Source: Octopus sinensis
Lineage: Eukaryota
NCBI RefSeq assembly: GCF_006345805.1
Contig: NW_021825104.1
Coordinates: 1 to 16,624 of the forward strand
DNA: 16,624 nucleotides
Direction of reading: 5' to 3'
The position numbers and the translations under genes are program-made. The notes under the pieces were generated by a model. That model saw only the letters and a list, made by a program, of their open reading frames with translations. It did not search any database and had not been told where the DNA came from. This document shows, piece by piece, positions 9,701-16,624 of this stretch (its first letter is position 1; every line of letters begins with the position of its first letter).

Positions 9701-9884
9701 CAAATTTTCGACTGTCCCGCACGTGTTTATCTAGTTGTCCCCATCAATCACCTGGTTGACTGATATTATGTACCAAAATAACAGACCTTAGAGTCTGGTG
9801 GGCAGTGGTGGCTTCCTATGTCTTTAATTTGACAGGCATTGGTCAGTTCTCCAATATGTTTGTCGCAGTCATTAATTATATATA

Positions 9885-10264
9885 CTCTTTTTTACTCTTT
9901 TGCATGTTTCAGTGATTTGACTGCGGCCATGCTGGAGCACCGCCTTTTAGTCGAGCAAATCGACCCCGGGACTTATTCTTTGTAAGCCCAGTGCTTATTC
10001 TATCGGTCTTTTGCCGAACCAGCATCGGTTGTCAAGCAATGTTAGGGGGACAAACACAGACTCACAAACATACACACACACATATATATAATACATATAT
10101 ACGACGGGCTTCTTTCAGTTTCCGTCTACCAAATCCACTCACAAGGCGTTGGTCGGCCCGAGGCTATAGTAGAAGACACTTGCCCAAGATGCCACGCAGT
10201 CGGACTGAACCCGGAACCATGTAGTTGGTAAGCAAGCTACTTACCACACAGCCACTCCTGCGCC
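9885..10264 (-). mobile_element. tRNA-derived SINE family 2, full length
   Basis: Reverse complement starts ggcgcaggagtggctgtgtggtaag (A box) and ggttccgggttcagtcc (B box), followed by the body shared with 1817-2107 and the tail gactgaaacatgcaaaagagtaaaaaagag. Possible 8-bp low-complexity TSD tatatata at 9877-9884 and 10265-10272. About 25 bp internal deletion relative to the 1817 copy. Confidence 0.95.
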
Positions 10265-10315
10265 TATATATAGCTAAGTTTATTTGCCAACATCATGTAG
10301 CATTCATATACATGA

Positions 10316-10416
10316 ACGATGTTACTGTCTTTTAGCCCCAGGAAAACATCTTTTCCAGTTGGCTACTGGGTCTATGCGTGTGTGTATGGGGGGGGGGCTA
10401 AAAACAGTAACATTGT
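10316..10416. mobile_element. Roughly 100-bp foldback element / MITE with 20-24-bp terminal inverted repeats
   Basis: acgatgttactgtcttttagcccc (10316-10339) versus ggggctaaaaacagtaacattgt (10394-10416): one indel and one mismatch. Confidence 0.75.
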
Positions 10417-10529
10417 CCTTAATAGGACTACCGCATTATGCTGGCAAATAAAATTTACTATTCGGTACTGTTACTGCATATCTCTCGCTCAGAGATTTAA
10501 AACAATATATATATATGAGTCGCCATGAT

Positions 10530-10708
10530 AGATCGCTAGCCACTACACACACATTTTTTCTCTCCTTGTTTTTTCTGTGTCCCTTTCTGTAGAAGAGCGT
10601 AGGCTCGAAATGTAAAAGACTTTTTTCTATTCCTGAGCGTTATACTAATACATCTGTTTGTTTTGTACACCACCTGTCTTCGTCTTTTGTCTTTTCTTAA
10701 ACTATCCC
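10530..10708 (+). mobile_element. Interspersed repeat copy 2 (same PLE-like family as 397-570)
   Basis: Roughly 90% identical by eye to 397-570; followed by (TA)n then (GATA)n. Confidence 0.75.
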
Positions 10709-10725
10709 TATATATATATAGAGAG

Positions 10726-10726
<1 letters not shown>

Positions 10727-10792
<66 letters not shown>

Positions 10793-10866
10793 CAGATAGA
10801 TAGATAGATAGATAGATATACATTACATATACATAAATTATATATGTCTGCCTGTCAACTGTCTGT

Positions 10867-10943
<77 letters not shown>
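10727..10943. repeat. (GATA)n and (TATC)n arrays in inverted orientation
   Basis: GATA run at 10727-10818, 49-bp spacer, TATC run at 10868-10943. Confidence 0.95.
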
Positions 10944-11091
10944 AATTCATGATGGGAAAAAGCCACGCACCAGTAAGTTGAATACACTCAGAATTGCCGA
11001 GAGCATGCTTCAATTTTGCTAAAATTGAATAAGTTAAGCAAAATTAATTATGAATACTTCCGTACTTGTATGTGATGAACAAAATGCAGAA

Positions 11092-11327
11092 TGATAATAA
11101 TAACCATAATGGCTTCAAATTTTGGCACAAGGTCAGCAATTTTGGTGGGAGTGGAAGTAAATCGATTGCATCGATCCTAAGGTACAACTGGCACTCATTT
11201 TATCGACCCCGAGAGGATGAAAGGCAAAGTCGACGTCGGTAGAATTTGAATTCAAAATGCAAAAACAGACCAAATATCGCTAAGCATTTTGTCCGGTGTG
11301 CTAACAATTCTGCCAACTCGCCGCCTT
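11092..11327 (-). mobile_element. tRNA-derived SINE family 1, tail type B, full length
   Basis: Reverse complement gives aaggcggcgagttggcagaattgttagc...gaattcaaattc...gactttgcctttcatcctctcggggtcgataaaatgagtgccag...gaccttgtgccaaaatttgaagcc plus an (ATT)n-like tail. No TSD seen. Confidence 0.92.
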
Positions 11328-11914
11328 GGACAGAAACCTCCTCTAGTGCTTGAAAATGATCACATTTCACTCATCTGGAACTTCACCATTCAAACTGACA
11401 GAAAGATAGAGGCGATACATTCTCTTGGTAAACTTCACACAAAAAAATCATGCCTGCTCAGTGATATGACTGTCCCAATCGATATAAACGTATCTGTCAA
11501 GACCTACAGGAAACTGAGCAAGTATAAAGATCTTGAAATAGAAATTAGCAAAATGTGGAACCTGAAGACTAAAACAATACCTGTTGTCATAGGTACCCTA
11601 GGAATGATAGCAAAAGGGGCTGATTGCTACCTAGCTCAGATGCCAGGAAACCCCAAAACGGCGGAAATTCAAAGGATAGTGCGCATGGGAACTGCCCATA
11701 TCCTATGTAAAATACTGACTATGTAATCTCAAATTTTAAAACAAACTGATAATTTCCTTATGTTTTCTTAAACATTCTCTAGAACAATACTATGTGCAAA
11801 ACCAAATATATGACACCCTAGGCATAACACCAACTTCTAAATTGTTGTCTCTTGGGGTCTCTGGGTGAGACTTGGAGCCAACTTGTACAAATGCAAAGCA
11901 AAAGTCAAACATAA

Positions 11915-11948
<34 letters not shown>

Positions 11949-11956
11949 TAATAATA

Positions 11957-11995
<39 letters not shown>

Positions 11996-11999
11996 TAAT
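11328..11999 (+). mobile_element. 5'-truncated R4/Dong-like RLE non-LTR retrotransposon: endonuclease C-terminus, 3' UTR and (TAA)n tail
   Basis: VLENDHISLIWNFTIQTDRKI..CLLSDMTVPID..K..KLSKYKDLEIEISKMWNLKTKTIPVVIGTLG..GTAHIL* (stop 11724-11726) is the RLE pattern (LxWD..IQTD..RPD..D..K..KY.DL..W..P+V+GALG); the RPD motif is lost. Tail (TAA)n at about 11911-11999. Confidence 0.9.
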
Positions 12000-12100
12000 C
12001 CTTTCTACAAAGGCACAAGGCCTGGAATTTGAGGGTTACATCGATCCCCAAAAGTTTTCGATCCCGAAAGAGCAAAAAGCAAAGTCGACCTCAACGGAAT
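12000..12100 (-). mobile_element. SINE family 1 fragment, tail type D, internally deleted and 5'-truncated
   Basis: cctttctacaaaggcacaaggcctggaattt...aaagcaaagtcgacctc matches the reverse-complement tail and core; flanked on both sides by (TAA)n/(TGA)n. Confidence 0.75.
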
Positions 12101-12124
12101 AATAATAATGATGATGATGATGAT

Positions 12125-12256
12125 AATTTCAAGTTTTGGCATAAGGTCAGTAATTTCAGAGAAGTGAGTAAGTCGATACCATCAACCCCAGTATTCAACT
12201 GGTATTCATTTGATCGACCCTGGAAATATGAAAGGCAAAACTCAACCTCAGTGAAT
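12125..12256 (-). mobile_element. SINE family 1 fragment, tail type B, 5'-truncated
   Basis: tttcaagttttggcataaggtcagtaattt...aactggtattcatttgatcgaccc..atgaaaggcaaaactcaacctc. Confidence 0.8.
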
Positions 12257-12645
12257 AAGATAAATACGTCAAATATTTTGGTGCATGATTTCTGGCCCAC
12301 CTTGTATATTAACCAAAGTGTACAACACCATATATCCATTGTGGTCAATTTTTAGCCTTGTTCGTACCTACGAACCTCATCTTGACTATCAACAATTCTC
12401 CATCTTCGGTTCTTTCACCAGCATATCCTGAAAACCCAGAACATAGTTTAACCAAAACATACCCAGACGAACACACACAGACACATACGCGCCTTAACAT
12501 GAGTTCCAGCGTTCGGAGACCTACCCAACAACCGGTCAAAATGAAAAAGAAAAGCTGTACAGATAATGTCCCCTATACACATTTCAACTCTTCACGAATA
12601 CCAAACATTCTTGTAGATTTATATCTCCTCAACCCCATTGCTTAG

Positions 12646-12781
12646 CAGGTACTATTTTATCGACCCCCGAGAGAAGGAAAGCAAAGTCATCCTACGTTGA
12701 ATTTGAGCCCTGAACGTAAAGTCAGAAGAAATGCCCCTATGCGTCTTACCCGGCGCCGTAACGGTTCTACCAACTCGCCGC
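12646..12781 (-). mobile_element. SINE family 1 head and core, 3'-truncated
   Basis: ggtactattttatcgacccc...gcaaagtcatcct..gaatttgagc...gtaacggttctaccaactcgccgc. Confidence 0.8.
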
Positions 12782-12793
12782 TTTCATAATAAC

Positions 12794-12999
12794 AATGAAC
12801 TTGCAGAATCGTTACCACGCCAGGAAAAGTGCTGAGTGGCATTTCGACCGTTTGCAAAGTTCAAATTTCGACGAGGTAGACTTTGCCTTTTATCCTCTCG
12901 GAGGTCGATAAAATAAGTACCAGTTGAGCACTGGAGCCGAAGTAATCGATTTACACCCTCCCCTACAAAAGTACTGGCCTTGTGAGAAAATTCGAAACC

Positions 13000-13000
<1 letters not shown>
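12794..13000 (+). mobile_element. SINE family 1, tail type B, diverged
   Basis: tgaacttgcagaatcgtta (A box), aagttcaaatttc (B box), gactttgccttttatcctctcggaggtcgataaaataagtaccag, ggccttgtgagaaaattcgaaacca, then (AAT)n. Confidence 0.88.
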
Positions 13001-13036
<36 letters not shown>

Positions 13037-13038
13037 TC

Positions 13039-13368
13039 TTAAAACAAAAACTGTTCCTGTTATTGTAGGTGTCCTAGGTATGATAAAAAAAGGGATGTCA
13101 GAAACACCTAGACAATATCCCTGGAGAACCATGTCTCAAGGAAATCCAAAAGTTTGTGCTAACAAGTACTGCCCACATCCTTAGAAAAACCCTATCAATG
13201 TAAATGTGTTGTATTACATGGAGATATTTCACTACTTCCCCTCCCCAAGCTTTTAGCTATATTTCAACAACTCTTAACCTTCACTTGCCCTAGGGCGCTG
13301 GGTGTGCCCCGGCAAGTGATTTCATCAAACATGCAGATTAAAAGTAAATGACAATAATAATAATAATA

Positions 13369-13412
<44 letters not shown>

Positions 13413-13490
13413 ATGATGATGATAATAATAATAATGATAATAATAATAATAAGGATGATGATAACAACAACAACAACAGCAATAATATTT
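13039..13490 (+). mobile_element. Second R4/Dong-like RLE retrotransposon 3' remnant (different subfamily) embedded in (TAA)n
   Basis: LKTKTVPVIVGVLGMIKK, +1 frameshift in an A7 run, then GCQKHLDNIPGEPCLKEIQKFVLTSTAHILRKTLSM* (stop 13201-13203). Paralogous to the end of ORF 11289..11726 but with a different 3' UTR. (AAT)n upstream at 13000-13038; (TAA)/(TGA)/(CAA) tail at 13353-13490. Confidence 0.88.
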
Positions 13491-13619
13491 TCTTTAAATA
13501 TTGCAATCAGGGCTTTTTCGTACAAGAAAAATATTGCACTGGGTTACAAACGGGTGGATATAGACAAAAAATATAGATAAATAAATCAATCAAAATATGG
13601 GTGTGAGCCTGTGCGCGTA

Positions 13620-13634
13620 TGCATACACACGCAG

Positions 13635-13681
<47 letters not shown>

Positions 13682-13700
13682 TACACACACGCACGTGCGT
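13620..13700. repeat. (CA)n microsatellite
   Basis: Direct reading of the simple repeat. Confidence 0.92.
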
Positions 13701-13936
13701 ATGCGCCTGCTTACTTAATATGCATATAATACTATATTTTTATCTAGATTTGAATTTACAGACTGTGTTTACCTTCCTCGTTAATTGTGTTCATCTTTAT
13801 TATTAAAAATGATTTTCTTTTTATGTTGTTTTGTGTTGTTTCTTTTCATCTCAGTATATTAGCTCAAGTGAATTTTGGCTAATTTCCAGTAGTACATGGT
13901 TAGCTTAGTACAAAAGGAAGAATCATACACAATATG

Positions 13937-13965
13937 TGTACACACACACACACACACACACACAC

Positions 13966-14003
<38 letters not shown>

Positions 14004-14170
14004 CACAGACACAGACACACACACACACACACACACAGACACAAACACACACACACACATAGACCTCATGCATGCATACATGCATACACACATACACGCA
14101 CTCTGACTCTGTCTGTCTGTCTGTCTCTCTCACACCACGCATACACGCGCACACACTCGCATACATACAA
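13937..14170. repeat. (CA)n/(CAGA)/(CTGT) mosaic
   Basis: Direct reading of the simple repeats. Confidence 0.92.
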
Positions 14171-14373
14171 ACATTAGAACTAAATATATTTTAAGCAAAC
14201 TAGTCCGTATATAATGTGCCGTCTAGGGATAAGTGCATTTGGCAGTTTCCCGGGGACGCACGGGTTATGAAAAGGCAATGCTGATCTATTTGTGTTATAC
14301 TTGTGTATGTCAGGGCCTCAGATGATTGCCGTATCGTCGGAGGGTATTTAGCTGTTTAACAGGGCTTTACACA

Positions 14374-14570
14374 TACGAGTGTGTACTGAAAAGTTCCTAG
14401 CTTTGAGTAAATGAAACCATATTATTCAACATATTCCTCTCTCAGATTCACACACTTTTTGCAGTGGTCCTTCAGTTTTTGTAAGCCTTGTAAAAGAACT
14501 TGAACGTCGGGCTTCCCACTAAGCCTTTCACGATACCCTTAAAGCCAGCAACTTTGCAGTATTCCTCGTA
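14374..14570 (-). mobile_element. Mariner-derived MITE copy 2 (complete, both TIRs, TA TSD)
   Basis: tacgagtgtgtactgaaaagttcctagcttt ... aaagccagcaactttgcagtattcctcgta. Minus strand encodes LQGLQKLKDHCKKCVNLREEYVE*, the mariner C-terminal KC....G.YVE* motif. Confidence 0.92.
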
Positions 14571-14669
14571 AATTAATGAGATAAAGAGATTTCTGGCACA
14601 GATTAGTGAAACGTATTGCGATTGCGGCAAGAATATTATCCTCTGAAGCAGTAAGCTGTGTTACATACC

Positions 14670-14901
14670 TATTTCTTTATTACCCACAAGGGGCTAAACA
14701 CAGAGGGGACAAACAAGGACAGACATAGGTATTAAGTCGATTACATCAACCCCAGTGCGTAACTGGTACTTAATTTATCGACCCCGAAAGGATGAAAGGC
14801 AAAGTCGACCTCGGCGGAATTTGAACTCACAACGTAACGCAGACGAAATACCGCTAAGCATTTCGGCCGGCGTGCTAACGTTTCTGCCAGCTCGCCGCCT
14901 A
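14670..14901 (-). mobile_element. tRNA-derived SINE family 1, tail type A, intact with 9-bp TSD
   Basis: Complete head (ggcggcgagctggcagaaacgttagc; gagttcaaattcc), core and tail. TSD ttacatacc at 14661-14669 and 14902-14910. Confidence 0.96.
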
Positions 14902-14939
14902 TTACATACCACTCACTTCCACCTGTTATAGAGAAGCCT

Positions 14940-15056
14940 TTTTTCCAGCGGTCCTTCAGGTTTTTTAAACCCTGTACAAGAACTCGGAAGGTTGAGCCTC
15001 AAACCAGGTGTCTAGTGATATCCTCAAAGTCAGGAACTTTTCAACACACCCTCGTA
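14940..15056 (-). mobile_element. Mariner-derived MITE copy 3 (partial, one TIR)
   Basis: cagcggtccttcagg...aagtcaggaacttttcaacacaccctcgta. Minus strand encodes WFEAQPSEF and QGLKNLKDRW. Confidence 0.88.
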
Positions 15057-15208
15057 CACACAAAATTTCAGTCATAGACAATTCATCAAACATCTCATCC
15101 AAATCACTTGTTTAACACCTCAGTTGTATTTTGAGTAAACTATCTCTACGATTACTTTCAGTCCTCTTGAATAATTTTATTCATTTTCCTCTTAATGTCC
15201 ATTCACCT

Positions 15209-15434
15209 GAAACAGCGAGCTAGCAGAATCGTTAGCACGCCGGGCAGAATGCTTAGCGGTATTTCGTCCGTCTTTACGTTTTGAGCTCAAATGCCGCCGA
15301 GATCAACTTTGCCTTTCATCATTCCGGGGTCGATAAAATAAGTGCCAGCTGTGCAATGGAGGTCGATGTAATCGATTTACCCCCGCCTCCGGCCCGTAAT
15401 TGCTGGCCGTGTGCCAAAATTTGAAATCAATATT
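15209..15434 (+). mobile_element. SINE family 1, tail type B, first of a tandem pair
   Basis: A box tagcagaatcgttag, B-box-like gagctcaaatgcc, core and tail. TSD cattcacct at 15200-15208 and 15435-15443. Confidence 0.93.
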
Positions 15435-15444
15435 CATTCACCTA

Positions 15445-15657
15445 AGGCGGTGAACTGGTAGAATCGTTACTGCCCCGCACAAAATCCATAGCAACATTTC
15501 TTGTGACTTTTCTTTCAAATGCAGCCAGGGGTCTATTTTGCCTTTCATTCCTTCGGGCTCTATGAAGGAAGTACCGGTTGAGTACTAGCGTCATTATCAT
15601 CGACTTACCCATTCCCACGAAATTACTAGCCTTGTGCCAAAACTTGGAACCAATATG
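15445..15657 (+). mobile_element. SINE family 1, tail type B, second of the tandem pair (more diverged)
   Basis: aggcggtgaactggtagaatcgtta...ttttgcctttcattccttcgggct...gccttgtgccaaaacttggaaccaat. TSD cattcaccta (15435-15444) and ctttcaccta (15658-15667). Confidence 0.88.
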
Positions 15658-15751
15658 CTTTCACCTAATCATATATAAGGTACAAGTAGAATTAGCACAG
15701 AAGCAAATCTAAGACATTTCAGTTTAGAAAGAATTTAATAAAATAATTTTA

Positions 15752-15800
15752 GACTATTACCGGTTTCGATGATTAATCTCATTTTATCAAATATTAGTAA
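15752..15800 (-). other. Degenerate minimal hammerhead-like motif (PLE-type)
   Basis: Minus strand reads tTGATaA-a-ATGA-gattaa-TCAT-c-GAAAC-CG-GTA, with a palindromic ACCGGT stem III; core positions C3 and G8 and the 10.1-11.1 pair are mutated. Confidence 0.4.
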
Positions 15801-16019
15801 AAATTTATAAAAATTTGAAGTAAAAACAGTTTATCTTCTGTTTGGGAGATCAAAAGCATGTCTGGAGTTTTTTTGTGAAGTCTTCTTTAAATGTAGTTTG
15901 GTATAGAGTTCAATGTGTTAGAGAGAAAGAGAGGGGATATAGTTGTCTATTGTCTAAAAAATGTCTCTGTGGGTTCCTGCTAAGGGAGTGGATTAAATGC
16001 ATTTATTGAATGGGGTTTA

Positions 16020-16470
16020 TGTACACCTGTGCGTGCGTGCGTGCGTGTGCTTGTGTGTGCGTATCGTATTGAATGACCTTTCAATACGTTTGGAATGTGA
16101 CCAGCTGTGTGTTGATGGATGTGTATGTTGTGATGAATGTCTTGTTAAAGAAAGAATTAGGATTTTTATTCTTATTTGTGTGTGTGGGTGTTTTACGTCA
16201 TATTTTAGGTGTCTCCAGCTGCGTGTCTGTGTTTATGTATGTGTGTGTGCTTTTTCGCGATGTTTTCTTTCGTGTGTATGTGTGTGTATGTGTGTGTTTG
16301 TTGTTTATGCGATGCGTTCTGTTGTGTGTATATGTGTGTGTACAGAGTTGTGTGTGTGTGTGTTTTGCGATGTTTCCTTTTGTGTGTATGTGTGTGTGTG
16401 TGTGTTTATGTGTGTGTATGTATGTGTGTGTGTTTTTGTCTGTGCACAGAGGAGTGTGTGTGTATCTGTA
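16020..16470. repeat. Long degenerate (TG)n/(TGCG)n tract
   Basis: Direct reading; explains the Cys/Val ORFs 15997..16504. Confidence 0.88.
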
Positions 16471-16624
16471 CTTATATAATACATACCTGCATTTGTATGA
16501 ATAGTGTACAGCTGAATATACGATGGGACTGGAACATAGAACAGAAAGAACCGGGAGGAGTGGCTACTTTATACACTCACGTGTACTCACACACACATGT
16601 ATATGCACATAAGAAGAAAGTGAG

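Noticed and set aside
11009-11029. Perfect 9-bp stem ttcaatttt-gct-aaaattgaa
   Set aside because: Short and A/T-only; plausible by chance in this composition.
11289-11330. Apparent N-terminus of the 145-aa ORF 11289..11726
   Set aside because: The first ~13 codons are the antisense SINE head fused by chance to a truncated LINE frame that lacks the catalytic PD motif; not a gene.
12282-12306. Possible Tc1/mariner-like terminal repeat (minus strand tacaaggtgggccagaaat)
   Set aside because: No partner inverted repeat or transposase trace in the window.
397-15657. Recurrent near-identical short repeats as a CRISPR-like array
   Set aside because: Dispersed, both orientations, irregular spacing, TSDs, eukaryotic context and no cas genes.

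Overview
Eukaryotic, AT-rich, repeat-saturated non-coding DNA. The SINE families and dense microsatellite mosaics point to a coleoid cephalopod, most likely Octopus (recognition from memory, not a search). I recognise no intact host protein-coding gene. Nearly all ORFs in the track are translations of (TA)n, (TG)n, (TATG)n, (GA)n, (TATC)n or (TAA)n tracts. Supported content: (i) ten full or partial copies of a tRNA-derived SINE sharing one head and core with at least three different 3' tails, plus two copies of a second tRNA-SINE family; several have clear target-site duplications (TSDs); (ii) a decayed CR1/L2-group LINE reverse-transcriptase (RT) region (about 7570-8830, minus); (iii) three 3' remnants of restriction-like-endonuclease (RLE) non-LTR retrotransposons, two of them R4/Dong-like and tied to (TAA)n; (iv) three copies of a mariner-derived MITE keeping only the transposase C-terminus; (v) a roughly 100-bp foldback MITE; (vi) Penelope-like repeats carrying degenerate hammerhead-ribozyme-like motifs. 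The most interesting observations are the hammerhead-like relics in three unrelated repeats, a SINE/RLE-LINE cluster around (TAA)n, a target-SINE-target-SINE-target tandem, an odd triplicated target site, several fold-back structures (possible ADAR substrates or a pre-miRNA-like hairpin) and speculative micro-exons spelling RIVGG. I cannot demonstrate a new biological system from sequence alone.
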